NCBI GenBank assembly: GCA_965202585.1
Contig: OZ241828.1
Coordinates: 24,056,001-24,120,000, forward strand
DNA: 64,000 nucleotides
From: Thalia democratica
Lineage: Eukaryota
Direction: 5' to 3'
Part shown: one piece after another, positions 40,483 to 53,867 of the stretch
Layout: each line of letters begins with the position of its first letter
Position numbering within the stretch: position 1 is the first letter of the stretch
The notes under the pieces: generated by a model
Told to the model about the DNA's origin: nothing
The model's input: only the letters and a program-made list of their open reading frames with translations
Database searches by the model: none
Made by a program: the position numbers and the translations under genes

Positions 40483-41568
40483 ATTGATAAGTAATACTGT
40501 AAATAAGGTACAAATTATCCTAGTACTTGATAACTCTGAACCTCAAAAACTTATATTTCAAAATTTAAAGAAATCTACATAATCGTAGTAAAAAAAAAAG
40601 AATATTTTCGGCTTATTATGTTTACCGATTGTGTAGGAAAGCGTTAACTAATACGTTGCAAATAAACAGAACTTTTTGTTGATGAACTACCAAGTTTTAA
40701 ACAGTATTGTTTTAATAGTTATCAATTATATTGTACAGCAGCTTTATTTACTGGCAATAATCACTTTTTATACTTTTGTGAAATTACTTGCTAATTTCAG
40801 TAAAATTGTTATTTTAAATTTGCAATGTCAGCTTTATTACTTAATTATTATTTACTTTTTATGTTTATATATAATTTTATAGTTATATATTTAATACCCT
40901 AATGGGTTATTTAAATTGCTATATCAGAAACTATATATGACTTCAAGTTAATTTTTATTACTAATCAAACTGTTACTATAGTTTTTCACAGTTTGCCAAT
41001 CTCTGATACATACTTTTAAAGTCTGTACAGAAAAGTGTACGTAACATTCGGTTACTTTGTAAATAAACTTGTAAAATATTTTATAAACTTAATATTCTAG
41101 ATTTTTGTGTGATAACATAACTAATTTTACTTGTTTAAGCTCAGGCAAAAACTACTTATTCTAAAACAATGTTAGATTTTTATGTAACATTTATGTTATA
41201 AGAAGCCTTTTAGATATATTCTCTAAACTTGTTACTTGTATTAAATCAGGATTTCCCCAACTTATCTTCATAAGAATTTAAAAAAAATCCTAGTTTATTA
41301 TATAATTATAGTTCTTTACCATATAATTTTACAACGCCTTACTAATTAATATCCCCTGACAGTTAAAATATCCACTAAAGAGGCGATATAACCCACTTTG
41401 GTAAACTCTGGTCTTGGTCCACTAGAATTGTGACAGTGTTTTCATAATATTACAAAGTCAGCAACTTTATTTTATTCAATTATTTTTAAATTATAATTTT
41501 AGCCTAATATTTAATAAACAAGGAATAAAAAAAAAATTTTTTGCTGACTCATCTAATATTTAGGAAAA

Positions 41569-41697
41569 CAATATCATATTACAACAAGACTCCCCTGGTA
41601 TTAGATATAAAATATTTTTTTCATTTTTGCTAACCTAATTAGTTTAACACTAACACGATTAAGTAAAAGTTTTTTGCAGCTGTTAAAAGTATCAAGT
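41569..41697 (+). other. Family-1 unit at the inner end of the right inverted-repeat arm
   Basis: Mirror copy of 40356-40482; CRE degenerate (caatatca); GCAGCTGTTA-aaagt-ATCAAGT at 41676. Confidence 0.55.
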
Positions 41698-42792
41698 TGC
41701 TTGAAGTTTAAGTAATGAAAGATATTAAATCTTAATTATTGCTAAATGTTTTAGATAATTTGATTATATTTTAAAAAGTAAATATTTAAATCTTAATTAG
41801 TAAATTAAGTTTACAATTAAAGTTCAAACTACTTCTTTAAGATATAGAAATATATATATATATATATAAATTCAGTTACTTTAGAGACAGTTTGATAAAG
41901 TTAGTTGTACTGTTTTAAAGTATGTAGCTTTGTCAAGATTTGTAACATTATTTTATATGTTTAATTAATAGAGTAAACATGCTGTAAAAACAAAAATATG
42001 GTCTTTCTGCATCTGTTGTCGAGACTTTAGAATTTCGCTAGTTATTTATTATGTAGGTGATAAATCACATAAACAGACAGCACAAAAAAAAATTAGCTTT
42101 AAGTGTTATGCTTTATAAAGTTATTTTTGTAAAAAAAATTTCTAATAAAGCTTTATTCTACAGAATTCTATCTGAGCGATAAGTTTTTTTTAAAAAAGTT
42201 ATATAACAAAAACCTTCTTTTTTTTTAATATGTTACATTGTAATTTTTAACTTTATTGGTTTCTGAAAGTAGAAGCAAACTATAACAGCAATAGATAAAG
42301 TAACTTTATTTAAAATTTATGTTCTGCTCCAAGATATATGAAATTTAGTTTTTGTGAAGTAAATAGTTGCAACCTTCTTGTGTGCTCTCAGTGTGAGTGA
42401 TTTTTTTTGGTTGAATTTTAAACTGAACAAAATGACTCAAAATTGATCGGTTATTATATAAAAGAATATTGGTAATAATAGATTTTTAAAATAGGACCTA
42501 CGAAAATATACCAACTAAAATTACTTCAACTAATATCAAGTTAATTTATTTTAAGCTAATTAGTTAATGTAACATTACAGGACAGGGTATCTACATACTT
42601 TGACCTAAACATTATAGGCAAAAAAGTTAAACAAAAAGTTTTCTGGTAACTCTAAGTCATTACACTTTTTTAAATTAAATTGTTAAAGATATTTTTAATT
42701 TTATGTTAACTTTTATTATAATAACATACTAATTTATTTTAGGTTTTAAAACGTAACTTTCACAAAACAAAATTAATAAAATCCAGTTTATC

Positions 42793-43742
42793 ATGAGCCA
42801 AAACACTAACATTATTGAGTGGGACGATCCTGTTGAGAACTTTGAAGATAATCCCAACTGGAATGAAGAATTCGTCAACCATGAGTTCGAGCAAATGCGC
42901 CTTGAAAGAAGAGCTGAATCTATGAGAGAAAGGGATGATGCAGATGTAAATGAAAGGTTAAGGGAGATCAATGAAAGAGTGCAGGAACTTCGTAGGTCTT
43001 TTAGGTCAAGGGATCTTCGCGATGGGATGATCCTGTTTGAGCAAACCAGGAACCAGCCAGTCATTAGAGGTAATTCGGAAGTTTTTAACAAAGAATTAAA
43101 GTACATAATTAAGTAAAAATAATGAAAATTACAAAACTCTATTTAAAACCTTTTAATGGTATTTAAAAACATTTATTTAAACATAAGTTATTTAGAGACA
43201 ACTAAGAATCAACCTGCTATCAGATGTAATTTTACCAACTTAATTTTGACTATTTTTAAATTAACGTTTATTATATCAATATAAAATAATAATTTCTAAA
43301 TTAAATGATAACAACTTGAAGAAAAAGTTTATTTTATAAAATTAACTTAAATGAAAGTTTTAAAAAGTAAAGATATTTTTTATCAATTTTGAGAAAAAAC
43401 AGAAACGAAATATTTTCTCAGGTCAACTACGAAGACAAGTTAGACCACGCACGAGGTTAAACTCGGTTGATGAGCATTCAGACGAAGAAGAAGATATTCC
43501 AACTGAAAAACCTATAAGCAAAACAACTTTTGATCCTCAGCAGAACAATAATGTTGCAGGTAAGTTGAAGTTTTTGTAGATTACTTTTGTTTTTGGATAA
43601 AGACTAAATAAAAACTTTAATTTCAGGCCCTTCGCAGACACCTCTTAGATATCCTGTTGCAAGCAGGGTTCAGGATAGTTCTTCTCGATATCTTCAATGT
43701 AGACGGTACCCATTTGATTACTCACGATCCGGATCAAGATGA
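42793..43742 (+). CDS. Three-exon orphan gene, 176 aa, charged/disordered protein with a predicted coiled coil (exons 42793-43069, 43422-43559, 43627-43742)
   Basis: GT-AG introns of 352 and 67 nt, both phase 1, join into one open frame: MSQNTNIIEWDD...PVIR-GQLRRQVRPRTRLNSVDEHSDEEED...NNVA-GPSQTPLRYP...YSRSGSR*. The exon structure is conserved in the inverted paralog. No family recognised. Confidence 0.8.
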
Positions 43743-44764
43743 AATGGTTCAAGAAAGTTTCAAAATCTCTTTTCTCGTGTTTAATAAATCGGATGCGCAT
43801 TAAACTTGGTGCTTAATATTTAAAGTGTGTTTTTTTACAGGCTTAATTTAGATTTTGCTTATAAATTTCTATGTGAAATAAACCTTAAGTATTGCTCGAC
43901 TTTAGGTAAAGGACTTGTTAAACAATTTGAGATGAACTGTGTTTATAAACTTTTAATATCGATTTTAGTTATGGCGTCATTAATAAGTTTAAAGTTTTGT
44001 AAAACTTTATTTGGCCGAGATTATACTTTGAATACGAAAAGTAACTATCATATTAGGAAATTAAAAAATTAAAACAAAAGAAATAGCTTTATTTAAGTAA
44101 TAAGCAATTATATAAGAATAAATAAAATTTAAATAATATTGTTTTGCCTTTGCTTTTAGTATCCAAAAAAATTGTCTTTTTTTTAAATGTTTATTTACTT
44201 ATGCTTATATTTAAGGCATTGCTACTTAAAATTTAGAAAACAATGGCTGATAATGTTATTTTAAGTTCCTAAAATATGTTTAAGAACAAATATAACACAT
44301 ATTTATATAAATAAGAAGTCTGATTTCAAATTAAAAGATTGTTTTTTTTTAATATTGTACTAAAAAAATACTTAGTTCATACTTTTTTCACCTATATTTT
44401 GACACTTAATTGCTAAAGCTTTTTTATTGTATTTTAATATTAGAATTTCTTTAAAATTATTTACTAGAAGTAAACGTTTTTTTAATGACCAACCACTGTT
44501 TTAATACTAAATTAAATTACTTAAATACATCTAATAGTTGAGACAAACTATAAAAAACTATCAAATAAACTTAAATGCTTTTGTAAAAGTAAGCTAAGGA
44601 ATAAAATATTCACTAGTACACTTTATATTAAGGTTTCAAAAACTTATATTCAAAATGACCATCTTGAAAAAAGTATTAGATAACCGCGCTTTTTAATAAG
44701 AATTTGCCCAATATTATTGATATTGTATTAGTACTGAATTACTCTCTTACAATTTAAGTAAAAG

Positions 44765-45040
44765 TAGCTATACTAAAAGTTGGTAAAGCTCTAATTTTTA
44801 TCAGTAATATTCTATGAATTAATAAAATTTATTTTTGAATACTCACTTGAATGTTTTTTATAAAAAATTCTTTGGCTGATAGTAATTTTTGAATCTCTAA
44901 ACGTATTTATTTTATCAATATTTAGTTCAACAGTGTTTTGAAAACACTGTGATATTTTATCTTCACGTTTACTGTCAAGAAAAAACTATAGTAAATACTA
45001 AATAAAGCATGTTATTGTAAAGTCCTTTAGCAATTTTTTA
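44765..45040 (+). repeat. Dispersed ~280-bp repeat, copy 2
   Basis: Matches 14605-14890. Confidence 0.85.
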
Positions 45041-46279
45041 TAATTTTTTAGTAGTTTTATAACTTTTTTTTATGTGGTGTAAATTAATTTTTGCTATTAA
45101 GTTAAGTTTTGACCGAAAATTTACCTTCTGTAAGAATAAATCATAATTGAGTTTTTACATTTAATTATTTAAAGATATCTAATTAAGATTATCTAATCTA
45201 AAACAATGTCTTTATACTCATAATTGTTTTCAAAGCTTTGTTTACTAGTGTAAGTTTGTTAAAAAAAAACACGAACTTATTTTTTTTAAAGATATGTTGT
45301 TGTGAATTACGGAGGTAGCTGGACACTTTAGTGGCCATGCTAAATCACGGAGAATATTTTCGAAAGGGTAGCTTTGCTACATCTAGACTAGAATTGGTTT
45401 ATAGTTAGGGTCCATGTTAGTTATAATTGAATCTAAGATAATTTAATCTTAAGTCAATATAGATACTTATTATTGATTTAATAATATCATGTTATATTAA
45501 TTTATATAGAGTCAATGTTATATAATGAATTTATTACACTTTAAATTCAGTAAACAAATACAAATCTACAAAATTGGAAAACTAATCAGTTATAAAAAAT
45601 AGTTAGAATAAGTATCAGTTTTATCAAGATTGTATAAATTAGCAAAAAAAAAAACAAATATAAAAAATTTTAGCAATGTAATAGTATAAACCCGTAATAA
45701 AATTGTACAAAAAAGGCAGTAAAAAATGTTATTTATTTTGAACTGGAAGCTAAGTGCTGAGTTGAATTTCAACTGTTCAAAATCAAATATAGATTTTGTG
45801 TCCAAACAAGTAACAAATCCAAATCAAATATGCTGTAGGTGGACTGATACCAACACTCAAATCCAAATAGAGAATTGTGACCAAACAGCACATGAGTGGC
45901 TGAAAGCCAGTAAAAAAAATATTTTATAAAATCCAGTTTTTATGATTAATGTGCTGATTATGATTGGATGTACAGTTTCAGTTTGATATTCAAAACTTAA
46001 AACTAGGGATGCATTTCCGATGTATTACATTTTTTTTGCATACTATTTTTTTTCTATTTGAAATTTTCTAATGTAACAACACTTTCAATACTCATTATTA
46101 AAGTACTCAGAATATTAGACTTTAAGTTCACTACTTCGAAAAAAAAAAGATTTTTGTTAGTAGACTCATTATTGCAATCATTTGCTTCTGAAAAATTATA
46201 ACTAAGAAGACTCTTGTTCATAACCTTGAAATTTTCTACTTTACATTTTAAGGTTTTTTGTATGTTTGAATATTTTTTG

Positions 46280-48060
46280 TTACTTCACTACTTTTTAAAC
46301 TGATATTAATAGGTAGGCCACCCCTATCTTCTTTATGCTAAATTTTAAATTAAAATGCTTGCTAAGTATTTGGTCTTGATCAATATTTGGCCTTGAGACT
46401 TTGCTCGTTGTCGAACTAAAAGGCTTGCCAAGTATATGTGCTTGATCAATTATTTTTCTTAAGACTTTCCTCGATGTTAAAGTAGTAGGCTTGCCAATTG
46501 CTTGTGGATGATGAATATATTTTTCTCATAAGAATTTGCTCGATGTCGAACTATAAGGCTTGTCAAATACTTGTGCATGATGACAAAAACTACTTTTCTA
46601 CAAGTCTGTGTTTAATTTTTATACTTTTACCCTCGAAGACATTTGTGTTTGAAAGCTCTAACGTTTGCAGCTTCTGGCGATTTTTTCTACATAGCACTAT
46701 ATCAAAATTAACTACAGTACCATATGTCATTGACTTCAGGAACTTGGTTTTGTACTTTTTCATAATGGCAGACTGGTGAAAACAAATATCATTCTGTCAG
46801 TTGTCACAATTAATAAAAACATAACCTTTGTGGTTATTCAACCAAATTACTTGACCAGTCACTCCTAAAGCTATTGTTTTTTTTTGTAACTGGAAACTAG
46901 TGCTTGGTTTTTTGTGACACTTTTATACACCCTTTAGTTTCACATAATGGAATTAGGTATCTAGAAAAAAACACCACTTTCTTTTCTAATGATCAAATTG
47001 ACTATTTTTTGATGTTTTTTTTTGGGACTTTTTAACCAAAGGCTTAGTAAGAGATATGAGACACTCATCTTCTACCCCTCTCAATTTTTTGAACATAAGG
47101 ATAAGTTTTTTTTGGCTCATAAGGCTCAAATATATCAGTAAAGTTACAATCCTTAGGCTAATTACCATTACACGTTTTTTCTTTCCAGCGTTGATGTGCT
47201 TGGAAGATTTTTCTATTTATTGAATTTTCCAAAGTATTATTGACTTCTTCATCATTGTGGAATTTATAGTAGTTACCATAGCTATTACTATGGTTAACAT
47301 TAGTATGATGCATTCTATACTGATAATCATGATTTTTGGTGTTTGTTTGAAAATATCTATACTGATTATTTTTTTTTTGCTATGAAAATCTTCGAAATTT
47401 TTGTTAGGGGTTCATCAATAAATCAAAATATTACCCTCGACCCTTTTTTGCTGTTGACTAACATCACATATATTTTTACAGCAAATTTTAAAATTTTCTT
47501 CACAAAGGCATATTTTTTTTTCTCATTTAAGTTTTTAACTCTTTTGGTGCTAAATGTATATAGAGGAACTTAGTTAGATTACTATTTTTTTGAGCCCGTT
47601 TTCTTGTTTTTTATCTCAATGTCTAGTTCTAGACCACTCAGTGATGCCCAATCTTGCTAAGACCTAAAAACTCTCCCAAAATGACCATCTTTTGTGAGTA
47701 AAAACGTTTTTAAAAATAAATATGATTTATTGTCTGCCTTAGTTATAGCACAATAGTTTTTGATGTCTTTTCACAAGCTATACTGCCATTAATATTTTAT
47801 ACTTGTCGATTGGGTTGTGAATGTCGTTAATATTACATGACTCTTCGAAAAAATTGAGCTCGCCTCTTGGTTCATCTGAATCATCTATTTTTAAGTTGTT
47901 CTTAAGCAATTTTCTGCTTCATGTTTCACTCGTGTAAGTTAATTTGCCTATAAATTGGTGGACATTCCAAATTTCTACTTTTAAAGAGTTACTGGTCAAA
48001 TTAATATTATACTTATTCTTAATACCCATTTCCATGTTACTGATGTCATTATTCAGTGTA
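46280..48060 (-). pseudogene. Decayed intronless ORF containing a Y-box-type cold-shock domain (46660-46865), probably a retroelement relic or retrocopy
   Basis: Minus-strand translation GVTGQVIWLNNHKGYVFINCDN*QNDICFHQSAIMKKYKTKFLKSMTYGTVVNFDIV-(frameshift)-KSPEAANV aligns with the Y-box CSD, including RNP1- and RNP2-like motifs. Surrounding frames are coding-like but full of stops; the outer limits are approximate. Confidence 0.75.
46370..46575 (-). repeat. Three ~63-66-bp tandem repeats downstream of the cold-shock domain
   Basis: gatcaa...gacttt(g/c)ctcg(t/a)tgt...aggcttg(c/t)caa recurs three times; the minus frame reads KPYSSTSSK / KPTTLTSRK / KPFSSTTSK. Confidence 0.75.
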
Positions 48061-49578
48061 TCCAAAACAACAAAAAAAAAATAATAAATGTAAAGAAAAA
48101 AATTGAAACACTATAAAGATAAAAAAAAATCACTGGTCACTAGCTAGTTATTACTATAAACCAACTTAAAATATTATACTTTTAATAAGTATATCTATTA
48201 AATTTAAAATAATATTATACTTCATACTTAACTTTATTAACGTTGAACTGATAAAGTGATGGTAAAATTTTAATAAAAGTATAAACTTTATTACCTTAAA
48301 AATTTTTTTTTTTGCTTTTGATATCTGATGATGAAAAAAATTGTTGAAATTTTAAAGTTGATTTCGCTCAATCAAAATTTTTGTAGTTTATAAACTATGC
48401 TATAATGTGTCGTTTAATTATTCAGAAAAAAATGTATGAAACGTTAAACGAGCTTGTATTTAAAACGATTGTATTTCCAGAAATAACAAAATCTCAAACT
48501 TCGTAACAATAGTGTTAAAATACCGTGTTATGAAAAATTTCGTTAAAGCTCAACTTTCTAAATAAAATTTTATGTTTTGTAAATAAGTTTAAACTATTAG
48601 GTATTTCAGTCTACAATTAGTTTCATCATAAACTTTAATAAAGTACTAAAAACCCAAAATGCTGCTTTGATATAATAAAAGCATTTAAAATGATTTAAGT
48701 TACTTAAACTTCGAACTTAACGAGTTGCTTTTATTGCTAATTTCATTTTAATGAAAATAAATTAGATGTATAACACACTGTTTTTCTTAATCTTAATTTA
48801 TAAAAGTTAAAAAAAAATATGCAGTAAAAAATTTTATACAACTTGTAGCTTTGTGATCGTTGCTACTAAAAACAAAGTTTATGTATAGTTAAATTGAAGT
48901 TTTAACACTAATACAGTAAGTCTTTTACACAATTAGACTCACCAAACTTAAACTTGACCTTAAGCTGTTATTAAGTTTAGTATTTTATATCATTTTTTTT
49001 TCTTCTATTAGAAGACAAAGTTCTAAGTTTGAAAATGCTATTTTCTTTTATCTAATAACTTTTAGTAAGTTTTTGTTTGTTTTAATTATAACGTCCCATT
49101 TACTATTCCATTTTATACTTCGTTAAGAATTTTTTGTTTAATATAATAACAGCATATAAAGTATAACTTTAATAAACTTTTCTATCTATTAAAAACCTTT
49201 GTTTTAAATATATAAATTACTTTAAATTTACTGTTTCCTACCTGGAGTTTAAATTAAAATGAAAAGGTATTTACAAAAAATAAGCTAGAATTTTAGGTGT
49301 TTATAAAATTAATAAAGTTTACGGTAAAATTTAAAATTCAGTAAGTAAAATATCATTCAACAGTACATAAGAACTATAAAGTGATAAAAATGTTTTTGAA
49401 TTTTTGTAGTAAGTATTTAGCACTGATGTTTATTTTAAGTTAGTTTTGAATATTAAAATAAAATAAGTGCGCCAAATAGACTTTTCTGTAAGCGATTCGT
49501 ATAAAAGCGGAATAGTAGAAAGCTCGCAACTGCTGGAGTTACCTATATGCTGAAACAACCTTTATCAGTAGTTTATCA

Positions 49579-49698
49579 ACAGTCTGCTTCAGACATCTAT
49601 AAACTTCAAACACAACATTTGAAAGGTTTCCATGTAATTAAATTTTATTAATTATAACTTTTTGTAGTAGTTGATGTTAAATTTAATGCATGACGCCA
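49579..49698 (-). other. CRE-box/dyad motif-pair unit, family 1
   Basis: Minus strand: TGGCGTCA; taacatcaactac box; ATAGATGTCT-gaagc-AGACTGT (98 nt). Confidence 0.8.
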
Positions 49699-50335
49699 CG
49701 TGTGATTAAGTTATTTAATACTTTATTACAAATACTTCATATGCAAAAGGTTACATATGATAAACAACTATGATGCTTCCTTTAATAGGTAACCTGTATA
49801 ATTGTTATAGGTTGTGAAGTGTCGCTAATTGGGAGATTGTGCTTATATATAAATACTGGCCTAGTCAATAATACAACGTAAACTTTAACTTATGTAAGAG
49901 ACAATCTTAAGTTAGCTAATTACTATATTTATTTAATAATTGAAAATGAATTACTTAGTTTTAACTAAGTGTTTTAATAGATTACTTGTTATACGGCTAA
50001 CTTAATTGGACAAAATATGTTTTTAAAATAAAATATGTAAAAATATATTATAATAGAATTCTATACAACATAAAATATCATTTAAACAAGACATTACTTT
50101 TTTTAAAAGACTAATTTACTTAAATCAAAGAAGCTGAACACAAAAAGTTTTCGTTTAAAGTAAACTCATCGAACAAACCAAAAGAAAACTGACCGTTTGC
50201 TTTTTACAAGATGTGATTTAAACAAATTCATAAATTTGGCTAGAAGTTAGCTGCTAAGGATGCAACAAAAAAAATACAAACTCGACTACAAATTATAAAA
50301 CTAATAATTTTAAAATTAATCAAAGTGAATCTATC

Positions 50336-50449
50336 TGACATAATAATTCAAACCAATATTAAATAGATTTATAGTTTTATATAAATTAACGACGCTTAAA
50401 TGAAATTAACTACGCCACTTTGTAAATGTAGATTTCATAGGGAGACAGT
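50336..50449 (+). other. CRE-box/dyad motif-pair unit, family 1
   Basis: TGACATAA at 50336; GTAGATTTCA-taggg-AGACAGTAA at 50428 (92 nt). Confidence 0.65.
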
Positions 50450-50768
50450 AATTTAAATGTTCGAAATTGTTTAATTTTTCATGCGTGGCTCTAATTAACA
50501 TGAATATTCATTTACACTTTTTAGTTTCAGTAAGTTTTTCAAGTATAAAAAACATTTTTGTGACAAAATATTAAAATATAATTAAGCAATATAACTAGCT
50601 GGCATAAATAGTTTTAAGAATTGAAATAAAAATTTAAGTTTTTGTTGAACATATAGTTTGTACTTTATATGCAAGTTTTCAAAAAGCTTCAACTTATTGT
50701 ATAGCAATATAGTCAGCTTGTTAGAATTTTTTCAAGGTAAATTTGATTTTTAGGTAAACCGAGAACTA

Positions 50769-50878
50769 TGATGATAAAAAAAAAGAAATCAAGCCTAATT
50801 TTTTATAAATTAAAGTGGCTTTGCCAGGAGTTTTCACTATTCTGTCAATTTAATTTTTAGCTGTTTTAAGTAGACAGT
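50769..50878 (+). other. CRE-box/dyad motif-pair unit, family 1
   Basis: TGATGATA at 50769; aagaaatcaagc box; TTAGCTGTTT-taagt-AGACAGTA at 50857 (88 nt). Confidence 0.7.
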
Positions 50879-51143
50879 ATTAAAATTCAATGTAAAAGTT
50901 TGTAAAATCAAGTTGATACTCCACTTTTAAATTCTTTAAAGTTTATCAAAAAAAAAATTTAAGTTATTTATATTAAATACTTGTTTCTTATAAAAGTGCT
51001 TTATTTTAGAGAATTTTATTTTTACTTTTTAAAGTATATAAAAGCAATTAATACTTGCTTTTATCTTATGTAATTATTAAAATAGAATTAAGAATGTTAA
51101 AAATGTAAAGTTTAAATATTTAAATTTAATTAAATATATAAAA

Positions 51144-51252
51144 TGATAATTTCAAGCGCAAAAACTAGCTGTACTGTTTTTTATAAATAAAACAATTTTA
51201 TACGTTCGTTACATCGGTTTTTATTAATTTATAGTTATCTTAAACAGATAGT
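51144..51252 (+). other. CRE-box/dyad motif-pair unit, family 1
   Basis: Degenerate CRE (TGATAATT); gcaaaaactagc box; ATAGTTATCT-taaac-AGATAGTAA at 51231 (87 nt), with a compensatory G-C to A-T pair. Confidence 0.65.
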
Positions 51253-52914
51253 AACTTAGATTCTCTAAATGTTTGATTTATTTTTAATTTTTTATATTTT
51301 ACATGATAGTTTAAACTATTGTTTAACTTACTGTAAATTTTTTTTTTTAAATTTTCTTGTTAAAATGAAGAAAAAGTAATCAATCTGTAATTAATAATGA
51401 TGTAAAGTATTATAGTCTTATTTAATTTATAGATTAAATTATTTTTTGTTCCAATGTCAAATTTACCATACAAGTTAAGTTTTACTTTTTAACTTGTTTT
51501 TATGTATAGTTTATTAGATATTTGTTAAGTTGTTTTTTTGTAGAGTAAATTAGATATTTGTTAAGTTTTCTTCAAAATACATTTGTACATTGAAAAGTAT
51601 AATTTCTTTTTAGATAGATATTTATATTTCCTTAAGTTTTTACAACAGTTATAGTTATGAGAATAAGCAATCATATTTGGTTAATAACAAATAATAGATA
51701 TGTTTTTTTTTAATTAATTTAATCACAAACTAAAAAAGTTTACAGATGTTATAAACGTATAGTATGACTTACAGTTTTTTTTTTATACTCGTGTTCATTC
51801 TTATTTATATATTTAAAGATGAGACATATGTTTTTCTTTTTCACTGCATTTATACGACTTTTCCCTTTTTATGTTATTATGAAACTTGGTTTAGTTTTTT
51901 CGTTTTTTTGTAAAAGATCAACAAGAAAAATGTTAACGTACATGATTGTAAAAGTCAAAATCTAGGGAAGGAGAGGGTGTAGTGCTTATGGCACACTATG
52001 GTTTCCATAGTCAATATTGGTAGAAATAGGTATAAAAAAAAAAGGCACACCATTTTTTTTCGTTTAAAGATAATCTAGTTTTGAATTTATTTAAATAGTA
52101 ATACTTTGAAAAAAAAAATTAAGTAATAATGTTGATTTTTTGTTTATCTTGAGTTTATTAATTAGTTTAATTAAAACTGCTCAAAATAAAAAAATTATGG
52201 TGTGAGGCTCGATGACCGAAAGGTCTTTTTCTAAAACCAATCCTATGACCATAGTTGTGACTGTGAGCGTTCACATTTTTCTTTCTTTTCCTTTTTTATT
52301 TCTTACTTTAGTATTATTTCAATAAAAAATTAATGTTAATTTTTAGATAAAGGTCTACATTCAAAATTGAGCTTAATACCTCAGTTTTGTAACTGTAGTG
52401 TTTTTTTAAATCGTGGTTTGAACTATTTAATTCTCATTACAATAGTAAAAAGAGTAAAGTTTAAAAAACTAATTCACAAAAGTTGTGATCTTTATAAAGT
52501 TTACTGATATAAGTATTAAATATATATATAATATACACTGTAACTCAGGATTTCCTATTCCTTTACGTTAACAAAAGCAGCACGATACATGAATTAATTC
52601 TTTCGAAAATTTATTTAACAAACTAAGTTTCGGTCAAAGACCTCGTTAGTAAAAATAAATCTAAAAAGGATATGTGACAGTCATGGAAAATAGCATATAA
52701 TCATTAAAATTACTATAAAACCAAATTGAATTGATTTTAATGTAGCTTATTTAAATTGTGACGTAATTATTCAAAATTTAAACAATCTTGTGCTTTTAAT
52801 CGCTATGAAAATTTGAAATCTCGCTCAAATACAGCACGATATATTTTAAGCAGTTAGCAGTTAATGAACATTAAAAAAAAAACATAGTAAAGTATAAATT
52901 AAATTAAACGTATG

Positions 52915-53034
52915 TGACATCAGAATTTATAAACTAACAAAAACTAGCTAAACATTAAAAAATAAATTTGAGTAAAACATTTTGGATTCTTTAACTTTGT
53001 TCATGAAAAGTTTTTAACTGTCTAATAGTTACGT
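52915..53034 (+). other. CRE-box/dyad motif-pair unit, family 1
   Basis: TGACATCA at 52915; taacaaaaactagc box; TTAACTGTCT-aatag-TTACGTAA at 53014 (99 nt). Confidence 0.8.
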
Positions 53035-53748
53035 AAAATAGCTAGTGATATCAGTTTGCCATTTTAATAGATATTTTGACTTTAAATGTTTTATACACAA
53101 AGTAATATATTATTACTACTATTAGTTTAATTATCAGCAAAAACACAAATAAATACAGAAAGAGAATTGGTGTAATATATGTGAAACAAAAAAACTAAAA
53201 CTTGAAAAGAAAAGTAGATATTTAAATAAAGTACGAGTCATAAAATTGTTGTTTGAGTTATTGACAAACACTACTACGAAGAATATTTATGAATTCTGTC
53301 TTAGATTGTTGTTGTATGTTATTATAAGTTTTATTTATTTGTTAATTTAATTTAAAGAAATCAAAAACGTTTATTCAGAACAACTTCGTGTATAAAAAAT
53401 ATTTATAGGACTTTTTTTAAAACTTTATTTTTTCTTAAGTTTAGCAAAATAATAAATAAATCAAAATTTTAAAAACGTGTTGACTTAGGGGAGTTATGTA
53501 ATTTAGATTTTAGTATAAGTCATCAAATGCTATAATTTTTTTTTTTTATACATTGAACTAATTTCATAAGATTTACTCAATAAAAACTCATAGGGTGTGA
53601 AACGTTAAAAATATATTTAAGTTTAGGGATTTTTCGTGTAATGATTGACGCATAGTTAAATAAAACACAATGTATTTTAAGCAATATGTTAGAAACTGAT
53701 GTTATTCTCTAAAATTTTCTACTAAAACAAGTATTAACTAAAAATATA

Positions 53749-53867
53749 TAACGTCATAACTAAAACCAACAAAATTTATTTCGATATTTAGAAAATAAAA
53801 TAAATTAGAATTAAAAACATTCTTCAGTAATAATTTCTAAAGTTTCTAGCAGTCTTCAAAAGCGAGT
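53749..53867 (+). other. CRE-box/dyad motif-pair unit, family 1
   Basis: TAACGTCA at 53749; accaacaaaa box; CTAGCAGTCT-tcaaa-AGCGAGTAA at 53846 (97 nt). Confidence 0.75.

Larger units (their letters stand above)
38590..43800. repeat. Long inverted duplication: arms ~38590-40480 and ~41570-43800, unique spacer ~1.1 kb
   Basis: The reverse complement of the left arm aligns by eye with the right arm across exons, introns and the upstream region (e.g. 39700-39790 vs 42330-42430; 40330-40475 vs 41575-41740); roughly 80% identity by inspection. Confidence 0.92.

Noticed and set aside
45726-45929. Coding-like 67-aa ORF near a TAGGGATG hAT-like end (~46006)
   Set aside because: It may be a transposase scrap, but I recognise no motif, so it is not called.
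52200-52235. ctcgatgaccgaaaggtc as a hammerhead ribozyme core
   Set aside because: The CTGANGA core is imperfect, the GAAA forms the hairpin loop itself, and no stems I/III are present.
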